Source of the DNA: a virus
Taxonomy: Duplodnaviria; Caudoviricetes
Reading direction: 5' to 3' (one strand)
Length of the DNA: 64,000 nucleotides
IMG/VR virus record: IMGVR_UViG_3300014059_000005
Location: 75,666 to 139,665 of that record
The translations under genes were made by a program, and so were the position numbers. The notes below the pieces were generated by a model. It worked only from the letters and a program-made list of their open reading frames with translations. It did not search any database and was not told the DNA's origin. Shown one piece after another: positions 45,101 to 54,807 of the stretch; the first letter of the stretch is position 1; every line of letters begins with the position of its first letter.

Positions 45101-45198
45101 ATTTCCTGGGTGGTATCTCTCTTAGTGAACAGTTATATACCTATATCTAGAATCGCACAGGATGCCCCTAGAAGGCTTCCAAATGGGTCGAGCCAGCC

Positions 45199-46710
45199 CT
45201 AACCCTTACTAAAGGGTCTGGAACGCCTCCTGGGGCCAATTCCGGCGTTCCTTTGGCCTTGTGGGGTGTTTCCTGGATCTCCTTCTGGCGGGTTGTCGGC
45301 CAATTTGTACTCCACGCCGCGATCGTCGTAGTAGGTAACGACCGCAGGATCGGCGATCGACAAGCAGGTGGCGCAGTGGAGTTGCTTGAACGGATTGGCC
45401 TCTTCCTCGCGGCAGACGATCCATCCCAACCGAACGATGCCAAACTGTTTCTCCAGGGGCGAGGTGTTGATGGCGATCATGCCGTTGACGTGGGCCAGTT
45501 TCCGTTTGTCCTCGGACAGGTGCTCCATCGTGATGTTGGCCACGTTGTAACTGGCGCGGTTGGTCTGGGTGGCGGTGACGATCAGGCAGTGTCTGGCCAT
45601 CGACAGGCCCCGGAGACGGGACCAGGTGTCGTCGATCTGATCGCGCTTGTCGGATCTGGGATTTTTCGGAGCTAGAATATCTGCATAATCGATGATAACG
45701 ATATCGGCGAGGAAGTCCTCCTCGCGTTCCAGACGGTCCAGGGAAGTGCGGATCCCGTCCACGGTGATGGACATGGCTGGATGGACTTCCAGGTAGAAGT
45801 GCGACTTCCTGGATTTGACCTTTCGGGTCATCAACTCCTGGCACTTGGGCCATGCTTCGTGGAAGTCCAGGAAGTCATCGAAGCGGATCTCGTCGAACTT
45901 GACCGAGCCCGGACTGATCGAGAGTGGGTAGTGGATGGTGCGGGGTCCCCAGGGTCGTCGAGAGACCCGAGCCATGAACCGCCTTTCGATCTGACGACGG
46001 GAGAGGTCTCCCACGCAGAAGTAGGCCACGCGCTTGTGCAGGAGGAGTGCCCGATAGGCCAGGTGCTGGAGCAAGTACGACTTGCCACGCTTCTCGGGAG
46101 CGGCAAAGGACAGGAAGGTATCCCGAGCCAGGGTGTCCTGGAAGAACTTGCCATCGTCTTCGGGAAGACGGAGGAGCAGTTCGGAGTCCCTGGAGGCAAA
46201 CAGTTCGCGGATCTCGGCCTCGTCTGTGAACAGATGTGTTCCTGGGGAGATCCCCTGGATGGAGGGATTGAACCCCGAGACCTTCTGGACGGCTTCCTGG
46301 AGTCGGCCACGAGCCCGGAGAGCCTGGGCTTCCTCCAGGAGTCGATCGAGTCGGGTCTGGAGGAAGACATCGTGGGCCAGGTCCGCCAGGTAGTCTGGGT
46401 TCTGCTCGGAGGCGATCCGGTCGTACTCCCCCGAGAGGGAGGATAGTAATTCCTCGCCGAGTTTCAGGGAATCGGGATCGAGTTGGTGCTCGGAGGCCCA
46501 GGAGCGGAACAGGGGCTCGATATCGGCTCCAGGGGCTCTGCCGTAACTGGAGGCATACTCGAAACAGAGCTTGGCGATGACATTGCTGGTCCGATCGGGA
46601 AAGCCATCACCGCCCCAGAGCCGATGGATCCGGTTCAGAGTATCGGTGCTGGTGATGGTAGCAATCAGAACTCTACGGGCATCGGATCCGTGGTACTCCG
46701 TTACCTTCAT
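45199..46710 (-). CDS. Replicative DnaB-like helicase
   Basis: Walker A APEKRGKS, IVIIDYADIL, IVTATQTNR, LSEDKRK. Confidence 0.85.
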   Translation of the reverse strand: MKVTEYHGSDARRVLIATITSTDTLNRIHRLWGGDGFPDRTSNVIAKLCFEYASSYGRAPGADIEPLFRSWASEHQLDPDSLKLGEELLSSLSGEYDRIASEQNPDYLADLAHDVFLQTRLDRLLEEAQALRARGRLQEAVQKVSGFNPSIQGISPGTHLFTDEAEIRELFASRDSELLLRLPEDDGKFFQDTLARDTFLSFAAPEKRGKSYLLQHLAYRALLLHKRVAYFCVGDLSRRQIERRFMARVSRRPWGPRTIHYPLSISPGSVKFDEIRFDDFLDFHEAWPKCQELMTRKVKSRKSHFYLEVHPAMSITVDGIRTSLDRLEREEDFLADIVIIDYADILAPKNPRSDKRDQIDDTWSRLRGLSMARHCLIVTATQTNRASYNVANITMEHLSEDKRKLAHVNGMIAINTSPLEKQFGIVRLGWIVCREEEANPFKQLHCATCLSIADPAVVTYYDDRGVEYKLADNPPEGDPGNTPQGQRNAGIGPRRRSRPFSKG

Positions 46711-46711
46711 G

Positions 46712-47443
46712 CTAGCCTCGGGGTGGTGTAGGTGTGTGGGGTGCCGTTTCGATCACGTCGAAGGAGACCGAGAGGATACGGCCCTCGCGGACGATGTGGA
46801 CGTGCGGACTGGTTTCCACATAGGCGATATCTTCCATCGCCAGAGATTCCACCCGGAGCAAGTTGGCAACGGTGAACTTCTCGGGGTGGTTGAGGATCGG
46901 TAGATCGAAATTGGCCAGGTTCTCGGAATACCAGGCCAGGAGAGATCGCATACGAGACCAGTCGCGGTTCAGAGATCGGCAGACTTCACGGATAGCGGCC
47001 TTCCAGAGTTTGCGGTTGCCGAAGACCTTGACCCTCTTATGAGAGATTAGAGACCTTTTTAGGGTAAAGACACACGTCTCCATATCTTTGCCCACTGAAT
47101 TCCTTGGTATTCTATCTTTTTTGTCTTTTTTGGCGGGTAAGTTCTTTTTTAGTGGCAATTGCCCAGGCCCAGGTATGTCTTCTTTGTGTTGGTGATTATT
47201 TGTATAGTATTTTTTTGTATAGGGCGCCGGTATGCGCTGCGCGATGGACTCCTCCAGGCCCAGGGTATCCTTACTCCCCTCTTCGTCTTTTTCTAGGCCT
47301 TCGGATAGGCCCCTGTTGCGCGCGCCATGTGGTGGACTCTCCGGGGTGTTCGCTGTGGTTCTCCGGTATGTCGGTTGCCGATCTCTCTCTAGGTCTTCCA
47401 TGTGGTCTCCGGGTGGTTTTCTTGCGCAGCGCGCTGTCTTCAT
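46712..47443 (-). CDS. Putative replication initiator/loader-associated protein
   Basis: Between the iterons and DnaB; disordered N-half and helical C-domain. Confidence 0.4.
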   Translation of the reverse strand: MKTARCARKPPGDHMEDLERDRQPTYRRTTANTPESPPHGARNRGLSEGLEKDEEGSKDTLGLEESIAQRIPAPYTKKYYTNNHQHKEDIPGPGQLPLKKNLPAKKDKKDRIPRNSVGKDMETCVFTLKRSLISHKRVKVFGNRKLWKAAIREVCRSLNRDWSRMRSLLAWYSENLANFDLPILNHPEKFTVANLLRVESLAMEDIAYVETSPHVHIVREGRILSVSFDVIETAPHTPTPPRG

Positions 47444-47446
47444 ATT

Positions 47447-47637
47447 AGGTTGTTTTCCAGACTAGTCGGCGCACTTTCTTTCTTCTTCTTCTCATTTGAT
47501 GTTATTACAGAGTAATAAGAGTCAGGTTGTTTTCCAGACTAGTCAGTCAGGTTGTTTTCCAGACTAGTCGAATGCCCAAAAAGGGCCTATCAGGTTGTTT
47601 TCCAGACTAGTCAGTCAGGTTGTTTTCCAGACTAGTC
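47447..47637. repeat. Five identical 21-bp repeats AGGTTGTTTTCCAGACTAGTC; probable replication-origin iterons
   Basis: Copies at 47447, 47524, 47549, 47592 and 47617; AT-rich stretch between copies 1 and 2. Confidence 0.8.
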
Positions 47638-48447
47638 GAACTCCGAATCGTCTCCTAGCAACCTTCCTAGTTCCAGCAGGTTTATTCTCAGATGACGGGT
47701 TGCTGGATCACCCTTTTTGGAGACTTCCAGGAGGCGGTGTGGGTCTCTGGAAAGGGACCGCAAAGCCCTTCGTTGCTCGGTTGGAGTCCATCCCATCGAG
47801 GCATTGGTATCCGAAAGAAAATAGGAAGAGCATTGGAAGGGAGTGATCCAGTCCCTGGGACCTTTGCGGTCCTTCTGGCAGCGGATGTTGCACAGATCGA
47901 GTAGGAATAGGATGTCCAGTTTTGGCATTGTGTCCCCCAGATCCAGGAGGCAAGAGAACCATCTCCCGAGGTCGGTCATGTCCTTCTGCGCATCGATTCG
48001 ATGGACTTTTTTGATGGATTCCACGCAGATATTTGGTGGGGGAGGAGTCCAGTTATTTGTGGGTTGGATCAGGTTCCAGACCCTTCGCATATCAATGCAG
48101 ATGTGCCTTTTGGAATGCTTCTTGGGATAGAAGGCATCGATCAGTTGGAGAGGGGGCGAGGACAGCTTTTGTAGGTGTCGCATCTGCTCGTCCCTGGACC
48201 AACCCAGGGACTGTTTGGAAGACTTCAGGAGGGCGACAGAACACTCGAAGAACACGCGATTGTCCAGGATGATCGCCTGCGTACCTGTCAGTCGTCGCAG
48301 GTGTAGCAGATTGCACAGGAATAGAGATTCCAGCTTGGACATGTGCCCAACCAGGGGGCGGAAGACGGGGAAGACACGCCCCCTGGCAGGGTGAACGATG
48401 TGCTCGTACATGTCCTGGAAGCCCAGGGGGAGGTGTTCTCTTGCCAT
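47632..48447 (-). CDS. Replication-initiator-like protein with two tandem wHTH domains
   Basis: Duplicated F.CS......GW...EQ.R.L..L motif. Confidence 0.55.
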   Translation of the reverse strand: MAREHLPLGFQDMYEHIVHPARGRVFPVFRPLVGHMSKLESLFLCNLLHLRRLTGTQAIILDNRVFFECSVALLKSSKQSLGWSRDEQMRHLQKLSSPPLQLIDAFYPKKHSKRHICIDMRRVWNLIQPTNNWTPPPPNICVESIKKVHRIDAQKDMTDLGRWFSCLLDLGDTMPKLDILFLLDLCNIRCQKDRKGPRDWITPFQCSSYFLSDTNASMGWTPTEQRRALRSLSRDPHRLLEVSKKGDPATRHLRINLLELGRLLGDDSEFD

Positions 48448-48490
48448 GTGGTGTTCCTTTCGCTGTAAAAGAGGATCTGGCGATCATGGA

Positions 48491-48889
48491 TCAGGACTTC
48501 TTGCTCATCCGTAGCAACTGCTCCAGGCGGTCCATATCGATGTGGATACACCGTTTGCCGGGTTTGCCGGCGCGGGCGAGGGTGAGGATGCCGATGTCCT
48601 TGTTGGTCAGGGCCTGGAAGTGTCTGGCCTGTTCGTCGTAGGTCCAGCCCAGGGAAAGAGGGGACTCCGAAAGGACCTCGACGGAACAGAAGTAGAACAT
48701 CCGGCCATCGAGGTCGATTGCCTGGGTATTCTCATGGCACAGGATGTCCAGGAGGTTGGACAGAAAGAGAGTGGTCGTTTTGGACATGTAGCAAGCCAGT
48801 GAGCCCAGGGATGGGAATGTGGCGTACTTGTGGACGATTTGCGACATGCGGCACTTGTTCACGGTGCTGTCGAGCAACTTCTTGGCCAT
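48491..48889 (-). CDS. Single-domain paralogue of the initiator-like wHTH protein
   Basis: FCSVEVL...LGWTYDEQARHFQAL...GKPGKRCIHID. Confidence 0.55.
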   Translation of the reverse strand: MAKKLLDSTVNKCRMSQIVHKYATFPSLGSLACYMSKTTTLFLSNLLDILCHENTQAIDLDGRMFYFCSVEVLSESPLSLGWTYDEQARHFQALTNKDIGILTLARAGKPGKRCIHIDMDRLEQLLRMSKKS

Positions 48890-48923
48890 TTTAGCTCCAA
48901 GGTGTCTTGCGGTCTATTGAATA

Positions 48924-49448
48924 TTATTTACCCAGGGATTCCCCGGCCAGATCCAGATACTTCCTGGCCTCCAGGCCACAGAGAGCGTCACAGCGACAGT
49001 TCCAGGCTGATACAGGTCTGCCACCCTTACCGATCCCAGCAAGGAGTTGGGCCTGGGTGGGATGTCCCGAGAGTAGCACCACTTCGTAGTGTCTCGGTGT
49101 GCGGACATCGAGACACCGCTGGACTAACTCCTCGGGAACTCCGGCAAAGGACAGACTGGTGGTGATCCGCAGGAGCGTCACCTGGGAATCGGTGTAAAGT
49201 GTTCCACGCCAATCCCTTGGGACGGACTCCAGAGCACGGACTGCTGCTTCCAGTTCCGCTACGTTGTTGCTGATCCTCTCCCCGTAACCGTCCTTGTTGG
49301 CGTGGAGTATGCCGGATTCCTCACGGAGGGAGTTACCCTCCTCGTCCACCCAGATCCAGGCCCAGGTGCCTCCCTCGGGGGAGGGGTTGATCCGGATCAC
49401 GCCACCATCGCAAAAGATCGATGTGGGTTCGTTCTCTCTAGGTCTCAT
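48924..49448 (-). CDS. Ribonuclease H
   Basis: IFCDGG...NP, SNNVAELEA, YTDSQ, GH...WN..CDALC. Confidence 0.88.
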   Translation of the reverse strand: MRPRENEPTSIFCDGGVIRINPSPEGGTWAWIWVDEEGNSLREESGILHANKDGYGERISNNVAELEAAVRALESVPRDWRGTLYTDSQVTLLRITTSLSFAGVPEELVQRCLDVRTPRHYEVVLLSGHPTQAQLLAGIGKGGRPVSAWNCRCDALCGLEARKYLDLAGESLGK

Positions 49449-49848
49449 TGGGACTCCTATTCAGGTGTTGGAGGATGGCCGTGACCAGTGTAGTCATGGC
49501 ACTTTTCAAGTCACTGTGAGAAACCGAAGTCAGGGGTGGATTGCGGAACCACCGCATCAGTTGCGTGGGAAGCATGGCTCTGCGGATCTCGAATGGGATC
49601 TCCAGGGATTGGGAGGCGTAGACCGCCGATAAGCCCTGGCTATCGTAGAAGACATAGAATCCCTCCTCGGGTCCCTTTTTGTTCTCAGAGAAATATTGGT
49701 AGGGGTGGTATCCTGCCTTGGCGATCAACCTCCAGGCCTGGGACTCTTTCTCTCTTCCTTGATCCTCCAGCCAGTCGGCATAGGCCATGCGATCGAAAGC
49801 AGTCCCCTCACAGGCGATGGATAGCCATTGCTCGTCGGTTATGCTCAT
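49438..49848 (-). CDS. TIGR02996-like domain protein
   Basis: DRMAYADWLEDQGRE. Confidence 0.6.
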   Translation of the reverse strand: MSITDEQWLSIACEGTAFDRMAYADWLEDQGREKESQAWRLIAKAGYHPYQYFSENKKGPEEGFYVFYDSQGLSAVYASQSLEIPFEIRRAMLPTQLMRWFRNPPLTSVSHSDLKSAMTTLVTAILQHLNRSPNET

Positions 49849-49858
49849 AGCATCTCTC

Positions 49859-50728
49859 TCATAGCATCTCTCTCAGGAACTCCAGTTCTTCCTCGGTAGC
49901 CTCGCCAGGGTCCTTGCTGTCCAGTTCCACCACCCTGGTGATTCCTGGGTAGGCGGATAGTTCTCTGGCCAGTCTCCTGGCCTGGCTCTGGGCGTTATCT
50001 CCCTGATCGAAACAGATGACCCGGTTGGGGATCCGACTCAGTTGCAGAACCTGGGCTCGGGTATAGGAAGTCCCCATTGTGGCCACGGCACCGGGTCCTA
50101 TCTTCATGGCGTCCATTGGTCCCTCGACGATCACCGCTGAGGTCTTGACCAGATCGATGCCGAAGACACAACTCTTTATCGGAACCTCCTCCTGCTCGGG
50201 TTTGCTACTCCAGTATCTACTGCCACCGGGCAGGATCGACCGTGTGGTCCAGGCTATCTCCCTACCGTTCAGGATCAGGGGCAGGTAGAGTCTCCACGCC
50301 AGTTCGCTCTGGTGGCCGATTCCCTGGACCCTCCAGAGGTGCTCGGCCTGGGTGGGATCGATCCCACGACCTCGGAGGTAGCGTCTGTGAGGCTCCTGGA
50401 GACTCTCCACGCCCACGGGACGTACCAGACGGCCCTTGCCTCTGAGTGCCGGCTCCGGGCTCCAGGAACGCACCAGGCCCGTGGAGAGGGCCTTGACCTT
50501 TTGGTAGGACAGTCCCGAGGCTTCTTGGAGGGCCTTGCCCAAGGGGTGGGCACCACAGTGCCAGCAGGAAGCGTAGTGCTTCTCGATGTGGATACCCAGG
50601 CGGAAGCGACCGCTCCCCGGGGAGCAGAAGGGACAGTCGATCGAGACGTGGTTGGGTGTCGTGTGGTGGTGGTCGCCGTAGCCCCGGTACTCGATCTGGA
50701 GTTCACAGAGCAGGTCGGTGATGTTCAT
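49859..50728 (-). CDS. DNA primase
   Basis: Zinc finger CPFC...CWHCG, YLRGRGI, TOPRIM IVEGPMDA, ICFD, KDPGE. Confidence 0.9.
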   Translation of the reverse strand: MNITDLLCELQIEYRGYGDHHHTTPNHVSIDCPFCSPGSGRFRLGIHIEKHYASCWHCGAHPLGKALQEASGLSYQKVKALSTGLVRSWSPEPALRGKGRLVRPVGVESLQEPHRRYLRGRGIDPTQAEHLWRVQGIGHQSELAWRLYLPLILNGREIAWTTRSILPGGSRYWSSKPEQEEVPIKSCVFGIDLVKTSAVIVEGPMDAMKIGPGAVATMGTSYTRAQVLQLSRIPNRVICFDQGDNAQSQARRLARELSAYPGITRVVELDSKDPGEATEEELEFLREML

Positions 50729-50751
50729 GGGTCTCCTCTTCTGGAGGGGTC

Positions 50752-52131
50752 TTATCTCAACTCCTGGAGTAGCGCATCGTAGACATTCAACTCTCCCTCC
50801 AGGAACTCCCCGTCGATCGCCGCCGAGATGGTCTCCTGTTTACTTTGTAATACCCTGGCCAGGGTCTCCTCGATCGTTCCTTTGGCTACCAGGTAATAGC
50901 AGGTGACGGGGTGCTTGGTGCCGATCCTGTGGGGACGCTTCTCGGCCTGGAGGTGGATTCCAGGGCACCAGTCCATCTCCACGAAGGCTACGGTGTTGGC
51001 AGCGGTTAGGGTGATGCCAGCCGATGCTGCGCGGATATTACCAATGAACATGCGGATACCAACATCGTTCTGGAATCTGTGGACGGCGTTCTTTCTGGCC
51101 TTCTCGGAAGAAGAACCGTCCAGGGTGACACAGATGTCCTTGTAGTTCTCCTCCAGGGTGCGCAATATCTTTCTGTGGGCGGTGAAGAGGATGATCTTGC
51201 CGGTGTTGTCGATCCTTGGATCTTCAGCCAGAACCTCGTCGATCCAGTCCATCGCGTACTGGATCTTGAGTTGGGAGGCCAGGCGTTTCAGGTGTCCCAG
51301 TTGTACCAGGGCGTTGGCCCGGTCCAGGGACTCTCCACAGGCCCCCTGAGCCTTGAGCCAGGTGCGGAAGTCCCTGACGGCCAGGGTGTACTCTTTGGCT
51401 CTTTCGATCTCCAGTGGGACCACGACTCGTCTCTTGGGCGGGAGATCGTGGAGTACGTCCTGGGAGCGGATGCGGAGCATGCAGGTGGAGGTCAACTCCT
51501 GGTGCAGGTCGATCAGGTTGGTGGCACCCCGATCGTCCCAGCCGTAGGCTGTGCGCTTGAGTCCACAGTAGCGGTAGGCAAACGGGAAGTAGTGTTTGTA
51601 CCTCTTGGGGTGGAGCATCTTCAGACTGGGGTAGATGTCCGCAGGTCGATTGGTGATCGGCGTCCCTGACAGGAATAGCAGGTGCTCCACGTCGCGACAC
51701 AGGTGCTGCATGGCCCTGGTCCGCCGGGAGTTTTGACTTGCGGTGTAGTGGATCTCGTCACCGATGACCAGCTGGGGTTTCAGGTCCAGGAGTAGATCGA
51801 CCCATGCGTGGAGGATGTCGTAGTTCACCACCAGGATCTTGCCGGCACGGGCTCCTGCCTTCAGCTTGCATTTCTTGGGGGATACTCCTGATAGTACCGT
51901 GCAGCGGCCCCCGAAGTGCTGCCAGAGTTGCTCCTCCCAGACCTGTTTGATGGTGGCGGGGCAGACCACGATCACGGGACGGAGGTGGGAGTGCCTCTGG
52001 GCGTAGAGTAAGGAGACGAAGGTCTTGCCCAGGCCCATATCCATCGACACCAGGCACCTACCGTCGAAGTCCTGGATCCGTCGCAGGGCGTCCTCCTGGA
52101 AGGGGTAGGGTGTGGTGGTGGGTTTCCGCAT
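50752..52131 (-). CDS. SNF2-family (HARP-like) helicase
   Basis: DMGLGKT, DEIH, LSGTPITNRP, GITLTAA, QAEKRPHRIG. Confidence 0.92.
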   Translation of the reverse strand: MRKPTTTPYPFQEDALRRIQDFDGRCLVSMDMGLGKTFVSLLYAQRHSHLRPVIVVCPATIKQVWEEQLWQHFGGRCTVLSGVSPKKCKLKAGARAGKILVVNYDILHAWVDLLLDLKPQLVIGDEIHYTASQNSRRTRAMQHLCRDVEHLLFLSGTPITNRPADIYPSLKMLHPKRYKHYFPFAYRYCGLKRTAYGWDDRGATNLIDLHQELTSTCMLRIRSQDVLHDLPPKRRVVVPLEIERAKEYTLAVRDFRTWLKAQGACGESLDRANALVQLGHLKRLASQLKIQYAMDWIDEVLAEDPRIDNTGKIILFTAHRKILRTLEENYKDICVTLDGSSSEKARKNAVHRFQNDVGIRMFIGNIRAASAGITLTAANTVAFVEMDWCPGIHLQAEKRPHRIGTKHPVTCYYLVAKGTIEETLARVLQSKQETISAAIDGEFLEGELNVYDALLQELR

Positions 52132-52158
52132 GTCGATCTCCGGGTGATGCCAAGTGGC

Positions 52159-52196
52159 AAAAGAGAAGGAAGGGATCGATCCCTTCCTTCTCTTTT
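52159..52196. terminator. Perfect 38-bp palindrome, probable bidirectional terminator
   Basis: aaaagagaaggaagggatc|gatcccttccttctctttt. Confidence 0.65.
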
Positions 52197-52573
52197 TAGA
52201 ACTGGATGTCCGAAAGGGGTTCTGGAAGGGATTCTGGGGCTGTGGGTATATCAGACATTGTGGGTAGAAGTGGTCCGTAAAGACCCTTGCGGATCCTGCG
52301 GATCTTGCCCTTTTTCAGTAGGTAGTCGAGTGCCTGGTTGATCGCCAATCGTCTGCCGAAAGCCGCCAATTCGTCCAGGGAGTGGCTTCGGGACACTCCC
52401 GACTTGTTCTTCCTGGCATACCACTTCTTCGTGTTACGGCCGTAACTGCCTGCACGGGTGACGCTGATGTATCTACCCACAGCCGCCAGAACCTGGAGGT
52501 TCGTCACCCCGACGAGAGGGTCCTGTTGACTGATGAACTCCAGGACCCTCTTGTTGATGGAAGTGGCAGACAT
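52196..52573 (-). CDS. Basic putative DNA-binding protein
   Basis: wHTH-like end: LDYLLKKGKIRRIRKGLY. Confidence 0.5.
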   Translation of the reverse strand: MSATSINKRVLEFISQQDPLVGVTNLQVLAAVGRYISVTRAGSYGRNTKKWYARKNKSGVSRSHSLDELAAFGRRLAINQALDYLLKKGKIRRIRKGLYGPLLPTMSDIPTAPESLPEPLSDIQF

Positions 52574-52574
52574 C

Positions 52575-53582
52575 TCAGGCGGTCTCCTTGGTGGGTTCCT
52601 TGGTAGTATCCCTGGATGGGATGGAGCCCAGTCCGAACATGCGAATCAGACGTTCCACCACGTCTGCCGCCATCTCTCGCGTGGGTTTGAATTCGGCCGG
52701 GACTGGTTTCAAGGCGTCTGGTGGATAGTCGTCGGTGAGGTTGCGCAGCAGGCGGATTAGCTGGACATACTTGTCCCGGGGGGAGTCCTTGCGGTTCTTG
52801 ACCGTGCCGCCCTTGGTCTGCGCCTTTCTGTCCCTTGCCAGGTCCGAATTGATGAAGTCGTCGATGACCTTGGTCTTGCCTTCGAGCGTCGCTGCCTTCT
52901 TCACCGAGCGGACCAGGTCTTCTGCGTCATCCCGGTTGGCTCCGCTCATGGATACCGCCTGGACGGCCTTGACGAAGACATCGTCCCCGATGGTTCGCAG
53001 CGGCACCATGTCGCGGATGATCTCGTCGGTCACGGTAGGGTTGATGCGGATGTTGTGCTGCTTCAGGCAGTCTCTGGCGTCGTGGATGCGAATCTGGACG
53101 CTCAGGGACTGCTCGTGCAAGCCCCACTCCTTCGCTGCTACCTTTGTCGTCACGCCGTAGCGACGGACGTAGTCGATAGCGTGCTGGACGATCTCGGTAC
53201 GGCTCAGGAGTTTGCCGTTGACCCGGTTGTTGAATGTCCCTTTGAGCCGGTCGATCACCATCGGGTCGGTGTTCTCGACCAGGTAGGCATCCGTTACCGT
53301 GCCGTGGTTCTTGAGGATGGCCTCGCGGCGATGGTTGCCATCGAGGGTGATGAACTTGCTCTTGGGACCAGTGCGGTAGACGACGATGGCGGGGAATTCA
53401 TATCCCTCCTTCATCGACGCCGCGTAGCGGTCCACCAGTTCGGTGGAAATGGGCTCGTCGAGACGCACCTGATTGCTCAGAGACCGAGTGCGGTCGATCG
53501 AGTCGATGGTGATGGATTCGACGTAGCACCACTTGACGCCCTGCTTCTCCAGGGCTTGCTCGTACAGGGGATTGCGTGCCAT
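52575..53582 (-). CDS. ParB N-terminal domain + HTH protein
   Basis: VDRYAASMKEGYEFPAIVV...LDGNHRREA; HTH TKVAAKEWGLHEQSLS. Confidence 0.75.
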   Translation of the reverse strand: MARNPLYEQALEKQGVKWCYVESITIDSIDRTRSLSNQVRLDEPISTELVDRYAASMKEGYEFPAIVVYRTGPKSKFITLDGNHRREAILKNHGTVTDAYLVENTDPMVIDRLKGTFNNRVNGKLLSRTEIVQHAIDYVRRYGVTTKVAAKEWGLHEQSLSVQIRIHDARDCLKQHNIRINPTVTDEIIRDMVPLRTIGDDVFVKAVQAVSMSGANRDDAEDLVRSVKKAATLEGKTKVIDDFINSDLARDRKAQTKGGTVKNRKDSPRDKYVQLIRLLRNLTDDYPPDALKPVPAEFKPTREMAADVVERLIRMFGLGSIPSRDTTKEPTKETA

Positions 53583-53864
53583 AGCTCGGAAAACTCTCAC
53601 AAAGACTTCAGGGTTAGGAATATACACCGAAGCAGGGAATACGCGTCGCCCAGTTCCTGCTTCATCGCTGCCAGGGAACATTCGGGTAGTCGGGCACCAT
53701 GCTTGAAGCTTCCCAGACTACTCTCTGCCCTCTTGTAGGCGAAGAACACCAACCACGAATAGACCGGATACAGTGCGCGGATCGTCTTGATCACTCTGCC
53801 CTCCCTGGTTCGCCACGGGTTATTTCTTGTTGGGCTTCCTCCTAATCGTCATCTTCATGCCTTT

Positions 53865-54140
53865 CTAGTTCTCGGCTGCCGTCAATCGAGTACCTGGACC
53901 GGAGTAGGTACGGATCGAGGGAACCAGACCGAACCAGGCTGGTAGCATTCCCCGGACATTGATGTTACCGCTCTCTTCCAACCAGTCGTGTACTGCCATG
54001 AAGCCCGTGTAGTCGGTGTCATAGCAGTACGCCGCCTGGAGGATGTAGTTGGGGGCCTTGATGTAGGCCAGGGCCGAGAGAAGCCACATAGTTTCGTTCC
54101 TTGTCTCGTTCCTTGTCGAATTCGTCTCGGGAACACACAA
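53865..54140 (-). CDS. Small TIGR02996-like protein (start possibly 54089)
   Basis: DYTGFMAVHDWLEESG. Confidence 0.45.
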   Translation of the reverse strand: MCVPETNSTRNETRNETMWLLSALAYIKAPNYILQAAYCYDTDYTGFMAVHDWLEESGNINVRGMLPAWFGLVPSIRTYSGPGTRLTAAEN

Positions 54141-54167
54141 CTATTGCACGCGAAAACCAAAAGTCAA
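54138..54167 (-). promoter_or_regulatory. Repeated promoter TTGACT-N16-AATAGT
   Basis: Motif copy. Confidence 0.75.
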
Positions 54168-54211
54168 ACAACATTCTGTGCCTTTTCGGAATACCTTCTA
54201 GCCTCTAGCTT

Positions 54212-54520
54212 CTAACCTACATCGGTGAGGCTCGTGATGAAATCTGGATCGTCGTAGAATGAGCAGACTCCGCAAGCGTCCAGGATTCCAGGTCCACTCA
54301 TGGACCAGCTACAGAGGTTGGTGGTCCCCATGTCGGACTCGTGCAGACTGTGTACTGCCGCGTGTGCCCGAGAAGGCTCCCCCGAGAAGGAACTCCAGCG
54401 ATATTCTTCTGGGTCATTGGTATAGGTGGAGATCACCGATCCAGGTGGGGTGTTCGCGGACAGGGATCGGGAGTAGCTGTGCATGTCCCGGACCTCGGTA
54501 TGGAGTCTATGGCGTTTCAT
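54212..54520 (-). CDS. MKRF-like (MKRH) small protein
   Basis: MKRHR start; Ser-rich. Confidence 0.6.
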   Translation of the reverse strand: MKRHRLHTEVRDMHSYSRSLSANTPPGSVISTYTNDPEEYRWSSFSGEPSRAHAAVHSLHESDMGTTNLCSWSMSGPGILDACGVCSFYDDPDFITSLTDVG

Positions 54521-54525
54521 GATAA

Positions 54526-54807
54526 TTACCTCTCGACCGTCTGACTGCAATTGTGAGATTGTACGATGGCGTAGTAGCAGTGACGTGCCTGGTATTCTGT
54601 TGGTGGATTGCTTCCTGTTCCACTCTCGAACATGCTGACCTGCTGGCTTGTGCGAGTGGGTTCGTTACCGCTTTCCAGGATTACGGGATCAACTGCGAAC
54701 TCGTAATCCGAGTAGCGGACATCTCCGTATTCTGTGGGATCTCCCGAACCGAATACCGAGTAGGCGTTGTAGTGGCGGTGGGATCGGAGCATGTGAAATC
54801 GTTTCAT
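54526..54807 (-). CDS. MKRF-tag small protein
   Basis: MKRFH start. Confidence 0.65.
   Translation of the reverse strand: MKRFHMLRSHRHYNAYSVFGSGDPTEYGDVRYSDYEFAVDPVILESGNEPTRTSQQVSMFESGTGSNPPTEYQARHCYYAIVQSHNCSQTVER

Noticed and set aside
47447-47637. 21-bp repeats as a CRISPR array
   Set aside because: Gaps are 56, 4, 22 and 4 nt rather than uniform spacers; no cas genes; the replication context fits iterons.
53583-53860. Hairpins upstream of the ParB-like gene as a third guide array
   Set aside because: Two stems are present, but the loops are shorter and lack the GAC-A...TC-GTC pattern; at most a structured leader.
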